In this document: one piece after another, positions 28,213 to 38,163 of the stretch
How positions within the stretch are numbered: the first letter of the stretch is position 1
Layout of the letters: each line of letters begins with the position of its first letter
Assembly: GCA_036479895.1 (NCBI GenBank)
Contig: JAZGFW010000302.1
Span: 1 to 54,138, forward strand
DNA length: 54,138 nt
Reading direction: 5' to 3'
DNA from: Cocleimonas sp.
Lineage (GTDB): Bacteria; Pseudomonadota; Gammaproteobacteria; Thiotrichales; Thiotrichaceae
Made by a program: the position numbers and the translations under genes
The notes under the pieces: model-generated
Databases searched by the model: none
Told to the model about the DNA's origin: nothing
Seen by the model: the letters and a program-made list of their open reading frames with translations, nothing else

Positions 28213-29681
28213 TAGGTTGTATAGCCTCCTCTATTATATTGGGTTATACCTAATATTCCTTCTTTAACACCTCTTTTGGCATTATTTCTAATATTGTCAA
28301 TATCTCTTCGATTAGATACCGTTAAATTATTGAAATTAACATTAATAACAGAACCAAGACTAGATTGATTATTATTTCCTCCGGATAAAGAACGCATAGT
28401 GCCAGCATCAATAATACCTTCATCTGTTCCTACCAAAGCTAAAACATCGTCTGTTGTGGTTCCCGTTTGTCCTACAATTCCACCTTTATCGAATGTTGGT
28501 ATATCAATATCTAGTTTCCAATTAGGTTTTTTTACACCAGGTATTTTATCAACTAAACTAGCAATACTACCAAGAATACTATTAATAGGCGTTTCAATAG
28601 CCGTTTCCAAAGCACCCATAAGTCCATTTAACCCCCCCATAAGGGCATCAATAAGCATACCACCGAATTCCCCTACATCTATTCCAAATATTTTTTCAAA
28701 TAATATTTTAAAAACATCAAAAATTAAACTAATTTTGTTTTCTATTTCATCCCAAACACCTGTAAATATTTGTTTAATTCCATCCCAAGCACGTTCCCAA
28801 TCGCCTGTAAATACCCCCGTAATAAAATTAAGTAATCCAGTTAATATGGTCATATAATTTGTTATTGTATCCATAATACTTTCAAAAATTCTTATAAAAA
28901 CAGGTTGAAGAACGTCTAGTAACCACGCCACTACTGGTTCAAGGGCGTCTAATATCACTTTTCCTAATTCAATAAATAAAGCAATTAAATTACCTATTGT
29001 TTCTTCATTTTCGCTATACCAATTAGAGAATATATCTATTAATGCACCTACCGTTGAATCTACAAAATCTTTTAATCCCCCGAAATTGGTTTTATAAGCA
29101 AGAAATAAAGCAGCAATAGCAAGAATAGCAAGACCCACCGGACCTAAAAGTAAAGTAAAAGATAAACCCATAGTACCTAATGCCGTTGATATTATCCCTA
29201 AACCCGCAGCTAAAGTTATTCCCGTCGCGATAAATGTTTGTACATCACCATCTAACCCCATAAATAAATCTGTTAACTTTTGAATATAAGGTATCAAAGC
29301 CTCAAATAAAGGTGCTATTCGATCTCCTAAAACCGAGAATACCATTTCAAATTGAAATCCTATTTCCGCTAGAGCAGCACCTAGTTCAGGTGATGACTTG
29401 ATCATTGCCCCAAAAAAACCACCGACCACAGCGGTTGCTCCTGCTACGCCTTTTTGAATTCTACTCCAAGATTGAGCTTGTTTTTGCGAACTCGCTTCGA
29501 CTGCGTCATCCATTTGAGGAAGAGTATTTGCAAATATATCATTAAGATAATCATTAGTAAGATCAAGTTGATTAGATATTTTTTCTAAAGTTTTTTCAAA
29601 AGAAGAACCCAAATTATCAATTGAATTTTCTGCATCTTTAGTCACTACTGAAACAACGGCTTGTAAAGGGAATTCTACCAT
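28212..29681 (-). CDS. Tail tape measure protein
   Basis: A/G/L/I-rich helical; FTGDWERAWDGIKQIF; FDKGGIVG; follows the chaperone genes. Confidence 0.9.
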   Translation of the reverse strand: MVEFPLQAVVSVVTKDAENSIDNLGSSFEKTLEKISNQLDLTNDYLNDIFANTLPQMDDAVEASSQKQAQSWSRIQKGVAGATAVVGGFFGAMIKSSPELGAALAEIGFQFEMVFSVLGDRIAPLFEALIPYIQKLTDLFMGLDGDVQTFIATGITLAAGLGIISTALGTMGLSFTLLLGPVGLAILAIAALFLAYKTNFGGLKDFVDSTVGALIDIFSNWYSENEETIGNLIALFIELGKVILDALEPVVAWLLDVLQPVFIRIFESIMDTITNYMTILTGLLNFITGVFTGDWERAWDGIKQIFTGVWDEIENKISLIFDVFKILFEKIFGIDVGEFGGMLIDALMGGLNGLMGALETAIETPINSILGSIASLVDKIPGVKKPNWKLDIDIPTFDKGGIVGQTGTTTDDVLALVGTDEGIIDAGTMRSLSGGNNNQSSLGSVINVNFNNLTVSNRRDIDNIRNNAKRGVKEGILGITQYNRGGYTT

Positions 29682-29693
29682 ATTATAATCACC

Positions 29694-29924
29694 TTATAAT
29701 TTCCAGGCGTCATCTATTGATCCTTTTAATGCTTGCCCTTCTTTTCTAGCTTCCTCGTCCTCTAGAATAAACCATATATCTATCATATTAACGGCATCAA
29801 CTTCATGGGGGAATTTTCCAAACATCATACCAATATCTTTCCGCGTCTTCATAAAAATAGTCCATGGATCCAAATTTTTATTGTCAACATTATCACCTGC
29901 ATACATATAAGAAAATTTCTCCAT
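29694..29924 (-). CDS. Tail assembly chaperone, frameshift (gpT-like) part
   Basis: In the -1 frame of the upstream chaperone at A AAA AAG. Confidence 0.75.
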   Translation of the reverse strand: MEKFSYMYAGDNVDNKNLDPWTIFMKTRKDIGMMFGKFPHEVDAVNMIDIWFILEDEEARKEGQALKGSIDDAWKL

Positions 29925-29932
29925 TAGAAAAA

Positions 29933-30277
29933 CTACTTTTTTCTTTTATCCTCCAGTGCAGCAGTGAACCTATTGGTAAACATTTGAATTTCATCAGGAA
30001 AGAAAGCGTTCCAAATACTTTCAAATACTTCAGAAGATTGCGGAATTTTTACCAATTCCTTAAAAATATCTATTGTAAGATTTGTTTTTTCCTTGACTTT
30101 CATGCTTTCGTCATCAGTATTCATTAATACTCTTATTTGACCCATATTTGGCATTTTAAATACAAATATGCCTTTATCAGTATCGTCCCCTTTGAATTCA
30201 AAAGCTATTTCTCGTTTTCCTAGATCTTCTTTTAATCTTTCATTTAAAATATAAACAGGTTTTTCTTGTACTTCCAT
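29933..30277 (-). CDS. Tail assembly chaperone (gpG-like)
   Basis: Position between tube and tape measure; ends in the slippery site. Confidence 0.78.
   Translation of the reverse strand: MEVQEKPVYILNERLKEDLGKREIAFEFKGDDTDKGIFVFKMPNMGQIRVLMNTDDESMKVKEKTNLTIDIFKELVKIPQSSEVFESIWNAFFPDEIQMFTNRFTAALEDKRKK
29936..29942 (-). other. Programmed -1 ribosomal frameshift site A AAA AAG
   Basis: - strand reads aga aaa aag tag; the -1 frame reads aaa aaa gta gtt ttt cta ATG gag. Confidence 0.78.
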
Positions 30278-30594
30278 TATTTAGTCACCTTTTTCTTTGG
30301 AAAAGTAACGGGAAAAGCTAAATGCATTATTTGATAAGCGTTCCGGTCTATTTGTAATTCCTTCAAGGTTTTAGCGTCCAGTCTCTTTTCGACTAGTTCA
30401 AATTGTTTCTCAATTCCTACTATATTATTTTTCAATGACCTTGATTCAGCATCATAGACTTGTTTAAGATGTCTAAGATCCGTTTTATTATTAATTAATT
30501 TTTGGGATATATCTTTTAGAAAATCACGTAATGAAACTTTTTTCTTCTGTTGAACTTCGCTTATATTTCCTTTTTTATCTATTTCATAACTCAT
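30277..30594 (-). CDS. Coiled-coil protein, paralogue of 23983..24324
   Basis: IDKKGNI...RDFLKDI...MHLAFPVTF. Confidence 0.65.
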   Translation of the reverse strand: MSYEIDKKGNISEVQQKKKVSLRDFLKDISQKLINNKTDLRHLKQVYDAESRSLKNNIVGIEKQFELVEKRLDAKTLKELQIDRNAYQIMHLAFPVTFPKKKVTK

Positions 30595-30608
30595 TTTAAT
30601 ACCTCTAT

Positions 30609-31526
30609 TTATCCTGGATTTGTATAAAGTGCTACACTATCCTCTGCTGAAGCACTCCAAGTTCCTTTTATTTTTACAGGCAATGCTTGTTTCCATGGTC
30701 CTCCTCCTCCTGGGCTTGTAGTATTTGGTTTACCTGTTTTTGCATTAGGAATAGTAATTGTTAAAGTATCATTAACAGCTCTTGTAATTACATGAGATAT
30801 AGCAAAATCGGCGTAATCGTTACGAAGATCAAACAAATCCTCATCAGCCGGTCGAAGAACATAACTAGATACTAATTCTTGACTACCTGGAATTATCTCT
30901 GTTGGAGCACGACTAGAAAGACCATAGCCTGCTTGAAGATTATTTTTATATTGATATTGTGCTCTTTCACATAGAGCCTTATAAGCCACTGAATCAATAG
31001 TTAAAGTCGATGTTTGATGATATTCAAAAGGAACGGTTGCTAATTGTGCCGGTGTACCCGGTGTTTCATCAATTGAACCACTTAATGCAAATCCACTTAA
31101 TGTGACTTCTGGAACTTCACCACTAATAAAAGTTAAATCAAAAGCATCTACTTCACTCCCAAGTAATTTAATACTAAAATCGCCATTTCCATATACAAAT
31201 TCTTGACTAAGTGCAGGTAAAGTATTTGCAATTGTTAAAGCATGTGTATAAGGATCAGATCCCGATGTATTTAATCCACCCATGGCCCAATATAACCACG
31301 TCCAATTCTGAAGAGCTCCCTTTACTTCCCATGGAAAACTTTCTTTTCCGTGAAATAGCTCGTCGTTAAGGTTTCTCGTTTCTATGGCTGAAAAATTAAG
31401 CATTTCATTTTCTGGAGCTGCACTAAATGAACTAATCCTTATTGGATAAGGTTGATAAGAAGCATTCTCGACCCCTTTATCCGATTCTTCACCAAATTGT
31501 GCTTCTCTTAAATCAAGTAATACCAT
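30609..31526 (-). CDS. Major tail tube protein
   Basis: FGEES..G, YTHALTIANTLP, LTITIPNA; position and size. Confidence 0.82.
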   Translation of the reverse strand: MVLLDLREAQFGEESDKGVENASYQPYPIRISSFSAAPENEMLNFSAIETRNLNDELFHGKESFPWEVKGALQNWTWLYWAMGGLNTSGSDPYTHALTIANTLPALSQEFVYGNGDFSIKLLGSEVDAFDLTFISGEVPEVTLSGFALSGSIDETPGTPAQLATVPFEYHQTSTLTIDSVAYKALCERAQYQYKNNLQAGYGLSSRAPTEIIPGSQELVSSYVLRPADEDLFDLRNDYADFAISHVITRAVNDTLTITIPNAKTGKPNTTSPGGGGPWKQALPVKIKGTWSASAEDSVALYTNPG

Positions 31527-31891
31527 TATTGTTTCTCCGGTATTTCCATAATTGAACCGTCTAATGCCCGTTCAACCGTTTGGATTTTATGATCTTGCAT
31601 ATCAATTTCATTTTTGGTTTCTTGGATAGTCCAATCATTTCCCATCATATCCCACATTGAAGGAACCCAAATATTTGTTGATTTATGTTCGCTATTATAA
31701 AATATGAAATGCGGTGCGTATCCTAGATCGTTTTCTTGAATCAACATGACGTACATATCAATTCCGCGTATAATTCCATTCCAACCTTGTCTATATGCAA
31801 GTGCACCTTCTTTCAGTTTTGTCAATACTTGGCTAAAATTCTGACTGGTCAATATTTCTAGCGTATTTTCGTTACTCATTTTATCACTCAT
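31526..31891 (-). CDS. tad2: DUF2829 / Tad2-like anti-defence nucleotide sponge
   Basis: NFSQVLTKLKEG..AYRQGWNG...WVPSMWDMMGNDW matches the F.EAL..LK.G..V.R.GWNG...W.PS..D.LA.DW signature. Confidence 0.8.
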   Translation of the reverse strand: MSDKMSNENTLEILTSQNFSQVLTKLKEGALAYRQGWNGIIRGIDMYVMLIQENDLGYAPHFIFYNSEHKSTNIWVPSMWDMMGNDWTIQETKNEIDMQDHKIQTVERALDGSIMEIPEKQ

Positions 31892-31892
31892 T

Positions 31893-32333
31893 TTATGCCG
31901 TCACATCCTCGTGTATATTATATAATCGTACTTCCATGATGTAACGATAGAATTTATTTCGACTCATATCAATTCCTCTTTGTTCAAATTCCATATAATT
32001 CCAAGGCGAAACAAGATTAGTTAGATTTGCTGCTAGTATATCTTCTACTTTTTCTCTTAATGTCTTAGCTCTATCTTTATTAGTTGATCTTATATCTACT
32101 CTAACTACTGAATCAGATTCTATAATAGGTAAGCATAATGTAGGATGATTTATTGATTCATTTGTACCAAATATAAAAATTCTATCATATCCGATCGAGA
32201 GGGATGGATTAACGCCTTCGTCATCGCGTAACGCTACTTGTACTGTACCCCTATCATAAGCACCCCAATTATCAACTTGAGAAGCATGATCAATGATTAG
32301 GACTGTATTTATCGCGTCTTTTGCTAGCGTCAT
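31893..32333 (-). CDS. Tail terminator/completion protein
   Basis: VRVDIRS..KDRA..LREKVEDIL; position before the tube gene. Confidence 0.65.
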   Translation of the reverse strand: MTLAKDAINTVLIIDHASQVDNWGAYDRGTVQVALRDDEGVNPSLSIGYDRIFIFGTNESINHPTLCLPIIESDSVVRVDIRSTNKDRAKTLREKVEDILAANLTNLVSPWNYMEFEQRGIDMSRNKFYRYIMEVRLYNIHEDVTA

Positions 32334-32433
32334 CTTTATTCCTCACGTCATTTTCGTTTGTGCTCAACGCACTACGTTAAGATAATGTGACTTCTATAAT
32401 TATAATTTAGATTGTATTTAAATGAAAAAATAT

Positions 32434-33168
32434 TCATAAATAAATTGGTTTAAATGATTTATTATTATATTGTTTGATAGTGTCTGCTATTAATTCCGTC
32501 CACCGTTTCTGTAAATCGCCCCAACTAGGACCACCCGAATCTTCACTACGTACAATAGTATCAGGTAACCAATCTAATATTCTAGACGCTGCTCTCATTC
32601 CTGTTGCTTCTCCAATAGAAGCAGGAACGGTTTCATTACCTCCATATCGATATTTTAATCTAATTACGTCATAACCAAAAATAGGCAAATCTCCAAGAAG
32701 ATATAATTTTCCTTCTTTTCCTTGTAAGAAATAATCGCCATTACTATCCTGTGGAGAACCTCCTGATGATCCGGTTATTAATAAATCAGTCCAAGTATCG
32801 GTGGTCGTTAATAATTCAAGTACATCGCCCTCACCATTATCTAAAGTCATGATTTCATCAAATTTTAAATCTTTAACTACACTCTTCCGACCATAGCCAC
32901 CATAACCCCAATAACCAGCACCATAATAATCTCGACTTAAAAAATCGTGATATTCATAATCATCTACTGTTTTTAATCGCCAAGCACGATTACATTTATC
33001 ATCTAGATGTTGCTCTGCACCCTCAATATAATCATTAATAATAGCTTCACTAATAGATCCTGCTAATTCATCAATATTGCCAGATGTAATTGCATCACCG
33101 TTTGCTGTTGTTAAATTAAGAATATTTGCAACTCTAACGGCTGTTACATAGGTTGGAGAAAATACCAT
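32434..33168 (-). CDS. Head-tail adaptor protein
   Basis: YVTAVRV, IEGAEQHLDDKCNRAW, IRLKYRYGG..VPASIGEA. Confidence 0.8.
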   Translation of the reverse strand: MVFSPTYVTAVRVANILNLTTANGDAITSGNIDELAGSISEAIINDYIEGAEQHLDDKCNRAWRLKTVDDYEYHDFLSRDYYGAGYWGYGGYGRKSVVKDLKFDEIMTLDNGEGDVLELLTTTDTWTDLLITGSSGGSPQDSNGDYFLQGKEGKLYLLGDLPIFGYDVIRLKYRYGGNETVPASIGEATGMRAASRILDWLPDTIVRSEDSGGPSWGDLQKRWTELIADTIKQYNNKSFKPIYL

Positions 33169-33178
33169 TTATAGCCCC

Positions 33179-33622
33179 CTATCGCAATGGCAAGATCGGG
33201 GTAAATTTAATTATTCTATCATCATTAACCGCAACAGAAGAAGTTAAAGCAATTCTGTGTTTACCAAATAAAAATCGATCTAAATTATTTGTTGTATTTT
33301 CAGCAATAATAATATAATGATCTGTTGTATTTGCCAAACCTGTAACCTCTACTATTTTCATAGCTGCTACACCTGTTTTTGCATCAGCATCATTTACATC
33401 AGCAGGATAAATAGCTATTCCTAATGTAGCCGCACCACCATCTAAAGCTGGTATTTCTAAAAGAAAAGAATGAAATCTCCCGTACGCCTCAAATGTATCA
33501 GTTTTCTGTGTTTGACCATTTGCAATGGTTAATGATTTAGTTCGACCTAGATGACCTCTTGCTACATCAATTTTTGTTGAACTACCACGCCTATCTTCAT
33601 CGAGAGCAGTATCTAATGGCAT
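33179..33622 (-). CDS. Putative virion structural protein
   Basis: Beta-rich; head module. Confidence 0.55.
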   Translation of the reverse strand: MPLDTALDEDRRGSSTKIDVARGHLGRTKSLTIANGQTQKTDTFEAYGRFHSFLLEIPALDGGAATLGIAIYPADVNDADAKTGVAAMKIVEVTGLANTTDHYIIIAENTTNNLDRFLFGKHRIALTSSVAVNDDRIIKFTPILPLR

Positions 33623-33632
33623 TTGGTATCTC

Positions 33633-33968
33633 CTATTTTGCTGTTATGGTTGTTCGAATAGCACCTAATGCCGCAGCTAAATCAACCGCATTTGCGACTT
33701 GTATTAACGCTCCATCCGCACCAGCATCATAGTCTGCATAATAAGCTAGAATTTTTCCATTTGTTTTATCATATTGCAAAATATATGTAGCAGTATCAAA
33801 TTTAACGTCTATGATTGATCTAAGATTAAGTGCTGCTGCCAGATCTAATGTATCACCACCAGTAGCATAAGAAGCATTCATAGTAACGTCACGTATAAGT
33901 TCTTTTAGAGAACCCTTGCGGTTTACACGTGGTACGTTTGATACGACTGCTATTGTTGCTGCACCCAT
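33633..33968 (-). CDS. Putative capsid decoration/minor capsid protein
   Basis: Ala-rich; SYATGGDTLD; near the MCP. Confidence 0.55.
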   Translation of the reverse strand: MGAATIAVVSNVPRVNRKGSLKELIRDVTMNASYATGGDTLDLAAALNLRSIIDVKFDTATYILQYDKTNGKILAYYADYDAGADGALIQVANAVDLAAALGAIRTTITAK

Positions 33969-34529
33969 TTAATTCGACCTCGCTAGATATCTTATAGCAT
34001 CTTTAACTGCTTCAATCCAGAATTTAGATGGTTTGCCTTTTTTATCTATTATTAATTTTATAGGAACTCGTTTATCAACTAGATGCCTTTTTATATGTTT
34101 TAATGGTATTCCACATTTTTTCGCATATGTTTTAGATATTGCAGGACTCGATTTATCAATTGATAAAGGATGTGATGTTGGATATGCCACCATAAACGTC
34201 CATTCCTTAGATTTTTGCATGAAAAAGGCAATATCTACCGGGTGATTAATTACAACAATATTACCTTGATCAAATTGGATCCCACCTTTCTTTCTTAAAT
34301 ATTGAGATCTACCATTATGCGAATAAGTACGCCCTGTTAATACCATAAATAATAATTCAGGTAATTGTTTAGATGTTTTTAATCTAGCTTCTTCCTCTTC
34401 TTTAGCCTTTAATCTAGCGTTTTCTTCTTTAAGTCTTGCAGCAGCTTCATCCTCTGCTTTGTCCTCGGCTTCTTTTTTTAATCTAGCCTCTTCAATTTCT
34501 TCCTCTGTTATTGTTTCGTTTTCTGACAT
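33969..34529 (-). CDS. Hypothetical protein with acidic EEEARLK repeats
   Basis: Start more likely MSENET at 34529 (GGAG SD). Confidence 0.6.
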   Translation of the reverse strand: MSENETITEEEIEEARLKKEAEDKAEDEAAARLKEENARLKAKEEEEARLKTSKQLPELLFMVLTGRTYSHNGRSQYLRKKGGIQFDQGNIVVINHPVDIAFFMQKSKEWTFMVAYPTSHPLSIDKSSPAISKTYAKKCGIPLKHIKRHLVDKRVPIKLIIDKKGKPSKFWIEAVKDAIRYLARSN

Positions 34530-34530
34530 T

Positions 34531-35205
34531 TTATTTTTCTCCATCTTTGCGGTATGGTTTCTTATACGCACCAATATCTTCTTGCGATAAAACACCATTT
34601 TGTTCTATAAGATCGACCCATAACTGTATTAAATCCTCTTTATAAAAATCATAGATTTTCAATTCTATACCAAATTTATCTGATATAGCATCTATACAAT
34701 CATTCATAGTTAAACCAGTACTATTAATACGAGGATCTACTCCTTTAATTTCATAATTTTTATCTGGTGCGATAACTTCTTGTTTTGGGTCTTCTAGTGT
34801 AACTTGAAAATGATCTTTACCTGCTTTTTCACGTAATATGTGCCTTATATCCGTCCAAATGCGTTCTGCTTTGTCGGGGTGTTTACCTTCAGCTCCATAA
34901 ATACCACGCCATGTATCTCCTAATTTAATGACGGATATTTCTTTCCACATATTTTTAGTTAATGTTATAGGATGCATCCTACGAAATTCAGAACGTAATT
35001 TTAGATCATAAAATTTTAATGGACCCACATAACGGATCCACATTCTTAATTTCAATTTACTATCAAAATCTAATCCACTTTTGAATACTCCTGCTAAATC
35101 ATGATCGAAATCTTTTCTAATTTGTTTTTCAGTCTTATTATAGACATTCTTCCAATCTGCATCTGTTCGGAGTGCTCCTCGAAAATCTATCAGTTTTAAT
35201 GACAT
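34531..35205 (-). CDS. Hypothetical protein
   Basis: Long ORF just downstream of the MCP. Confidence 0.7.
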   Translation of the reverse strand: MSLKLIDFRGALRTDADWKNVYNKTEKQIRKDFDHDLAGVFKSGLDFDSKLKLRMWIRYVGPLKFYDLKLRSEFRRMHPITLTKNMWKEISVIKLGDTWRGIYGAEGKHPDKAERIWTDIRHILREKAGKDHFQVTLEDPKQEVIAPDKNYEIKGVDPRINSTGLTMNDCIDAISDKFGIELKIYDFYKEDLIQLWVDLIEQNGVLSQEDIGAYKKPYRKDGEK

Positions 35206-35266
35206 TTAATGATTCCTATATTTATTTTTTTATTATTATTTATTAATATTAATATTTATTAATAAA

Positions 35267-36544
35267 TTATTTATAATCTCGGAGCTGAAAATTTGCTCTT
35301 GGATTATGACTTTCTAATTCAAGAATAGATAATAGTGCTTCTTTATTCTTGAAAGCATCTAAATCAATATAATCATTAGATGCAAATAGAGTCGTTGGAA
35401 GAAGATCTTTTAAGAATGTTCCAACAGTAGCAGATAGATAAATTCCGTAGATTCGCTCAAGGGTATCAGTTGTAACAGTTGTGTCCTCAATGATAGGATA
35501 ATCACGATATGAAGCAAGAGCATAACCACCTTCTTCTTTACCCACGGTATACATTCCGTTAAATCCGCCGGCCCATTTGGATACTTGCCTTTCAGATCCA
35601 ACAAATCTTTGTTTGGACCCGGCTTCTTGATTCATTCTTTCTAGCATATTAGGACCAGTAATTAAAACAAATTGGCCTCCAGTCATATCTCCTTGTCTAT
35701 ATCTTCTTGTAGCAGCTAAAGCGGTGTCAATATCATCAAATGAGAAATCACGATCAACATCAGAATTATGATCAACATACGGATCTAGATCTGTAGATGC
35801 TGATTTATCAATACCAAAAATATCTTCGTCACCATCATCATAACTAACAGCAACCCTTAAAGCAGTTGTAGCAGTTAATCGATCTAATGATTCAACGTTT
35901 ACTCCAGCTAATGTATTAAAATCCTGGGTAAGATAAGAATCTATATCACGCATATGTTCAGATTTGACTAATGGTCTTTGAGATTCAATACCAGGGATAT
36001 TGTCATCGCCTGTTCTGGAAAGCAATTGAGCTTTTAAAGTTTCTTCATAAGTATGAACAATTTCCTTAGGTACATTATTATATTTTTCTGGTGTTTGATA
36101 ATCGGTATCCGGTAAAACAGCACCTTCGGTCTGACCTCCACCGGTTGCATGCCTATCTACTGCATAATTCCAACCAGACATAGCCCAAGGAGCATGTGGG
36201 AAAACAGTTAATATATTAGCACTTAAATCTTGTGTTTGCCAAAGCCTAGAACCATAAACAATATTAACAAATCCAGCTTCTGTTGATGTTATAGGATCGT
36301 CGGCTTTAGATAGCCAAGTTAAATAATTAGAATCAGTATGTGGATAATAAGTGGCTAGTAAATCTTTTGTGGTTCTAAATTTAAAACTAGTTTTTTTCTG
36401 AAATAGTGGATTTCTTCCATCAAAAGTACGGCCTAAAACCTCCGCTTCATATTGCATACGCTTATCAATCATTGTATCGACATAATTGACTACTTGTGCG
36501 GCTTGGGCTTCGTTTAATTGTCCCCTGCTAGATTGTCTACTCAT
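35267..36544 (-). CDS. Major capsid protein (HK97 fold)
   Basis: NIVYGSRLW...PHAPWAMSGW, EGAVLPDT, PKEIVH, ESLDR resemble halovirus/magrovirus-type MCPs (from recall); follows the protease gene. Confidence 0.9.
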   Translation of the reverse strand: MSRQSSRGQLNEAQAAQVVNYVDTMIDKRMQYEAEVLGRTFDGRNPLFQKKTSFKFRTTKDLLATYYPHTDSNYLTWLSKADDPITSTEAGFVNIVYGSRLWQTQDLSANILTVFPHAPWAMSGWNYAVDRHATGGGQTEGAVLPDTDYQTPEKYNNVPKEIVHTYEETLKAQLLSRTGDDNIPGIESQRPLVKSEHMRDIDSYLTQDFNTLAGVNVESLDRLTATTALRVAVSYDDGDEDIFGIDKSASTDLDPYVDHNSDVDRDFSFDDIDTALAATRRYRQGDMTGGQFVLITGPNMLERMNQEAGSKQRFVGSERQVSKWAGGFNGMYTVGKEEGGYALASYRDYPIIEDTTVTTDTLERIYGIYLSATVGTFLKDLLPTTLFASNDYIDLDAFKNKEALLSILELESHNPRANFQLRDYK

Positions 36545-36545
36545 T

Positions 36546-38045
36546 TTAATTAGCCTCCACTGGTATTTTTAATTGACCTTTTAAATAAGGCATGATTTCG
36601 CTAATATCAGGATTATAACCAGGATCATTTGTCATTTTTCTTAAATGACTAACAACTTGGTTCTCATTAGGAAGGATGATGTCCTCTTTTTTGTCATCAT
36701 CATCTTTTGTTCCTTGCTTACCTCCTCCGGAAATTTTTGTTTTCGGGGTACTAGCAATTGTTAAACCAAAATCTTCTGGATTTTTAAGTAACATTGATTT
36801 AGCTTCCTTTTGAATCATCTTTTGTAAGCCTTCTTCAGTTAATGTACCACCAATCATTTTGACCTGGGATTTAGTAGAAACACCAGAAGTAATAATACTC
36901 TTATCTCCATATTTCTTCATTAAATATTGTTGTGATGGTGATAATTCACTTACTGCCTTTAGTTTTTCAAGTTCTATACTTTGAGAAACTAAATCGTCAA
37001 GTATTTCTGATTGAATAACAACTTGATCAGGCCCTGCTTTTAAATCTGCCATTTTAGTTTTATTCGCTGGCATATCGTATTTATGACCACATTCAGGACA
37101 AGTCATTTTCTTGTATTCCGTATCTTTCTTGTCATCCGTCTTTTTATCATCTTTATCGTTATCCATCTTTTTTTTATCTTTATCATCTTTATCGTCTTTG
37201 TCGTTGTTATCCATTTTGGTTTTTCCACCTTGGGGTTTTTCTAATTCTTTCATTTTTGTTTTCAATTGTAAGTTTTCTTCTTCTAATTTGGCTGTACTCT
37301 TGTTATAATCATCTTTAAGTTTTTTAACTTCATCAACAGTACCTCCACAGTCGTCATTTGCCAATTTATTATCTCCTGGTTTTATTGATTTTAATTTATT
37401 GAGAATAACAGAGTATGGTTTGGATTGTGTCCCATCAGGACAAAAAGTAATACTCCAGAATTTAGTATCAGTAACTTTTTTTCCGCAATTTCCCTCGGCA
37501 TCACACATTTTAACATGATTATGATCTGTTCCATAACCTCTTAATGATACTGCGGATAAAACGCCATCTTCGTACATTTTCCAAATACGGTCATCTAGAG
37601 GCTTAAGATCATCATACATCTTAGAAAATCCGTATATACAAGGTACATCTTTATTTACTTCAATGTTGAGTCTTTCTTTCATTTTGGGAAATTTTTCGGC
37701 TACTTCACCCATTGTCAATTGTTCTAAATGTTTGACTTTTCCAATAATTGTATCTGTGTGCATGAGTGTAGCTGTAACGCCTCTTTCTGATCCAAGCATT
37801 TCTGGGATCATTTTAGCGGCACTAGCCACATCATCTATTTCACCTTCATCATCTACGTGTTCTGATGTAACAATAAAATGGACAATACGCTCTGATAATT
37901 TACTCTTTTTCTTGACTAATTGATTATCTAATATTACTCCACTTAATTCAAAGAAATCACTATATACATGTGATATCCTTCGATCTAATGGGGTTTGTTG
38001 TAAATTGATATTAAGATCATTAACAGTCAATTGATCAGCAGCCAT
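36546..38045 (-). CDS. Prohead protease-scaffold fusion
   Basis: SEHVDDEGE, MHTDTIIG, IWKM..G.LSAVSLRG; acidic low-complexity C-terminal half. Confidence 0.85.
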   Translation of the reverse strand: MAADQLTVNDLNINLQQTPLDRRISHVYSDFFELSGVILDNQLVKKKSKLSERIVHFIVTSEHVDDEGEIDDVASAAKMIPEMLGSERGVTATLMHTDTIIGKVKHLEQLTMGEVAEKFPKMKERLNIEVNKDVPCIYGFSKMYDDLKPLDDRIWKMYEDGVLSAVSLRGYGTDHNHVKMCDAEGNCGKKVTDTKFWSITFCPDGTQSKPYSVILNKLKSIKPGDNKLANDDCGGTVDEVKKLKDDYNKSTAKLEEENLQLKTKMKELEKPQGGKTKMDNNDKDDKDDKDKKKMDNDKDDKKTDDKKDTEYKKMTCPECGHKYDMPANKTKMADLKAGPDQVVIQSEILDDLVSQSIELEKLKAVSELSPSQQYLMKKYGDKSIITSGVSTKSQVKMIGGTLTEEGLQKMIQKEAKSMLLKNPEDFGLTIASTPKTKISGGGKQGTKDDDDKKEDIILPNENQVVSHLRKMTNDPGYNPDISEIMPYLKGQLKIPVEAN

Positions 38046-38115
38046 TACTCTATCAATATTATTAGAAGGGTTTTTAAATAAATCTAATATAAAATAATAT
38101 TTAACATAATTAATG

Positions 38116-38163
38116 TAAATAAGACAATTAACTTAAATAGTATGGTGATAATATATAATTATG
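38116..38163 (+). promoter_or_regulatory. Conserved leaderless promoter, copy 3
   Basis: taaataagacaattaaCTTAAATAGta...atatataattATG. Confidence 0.72.

Noticed and set aside
37130-37215. Short repeats suggestive of an array
   Set aside because: They encode the DKDD low-complexity scaffold linker.
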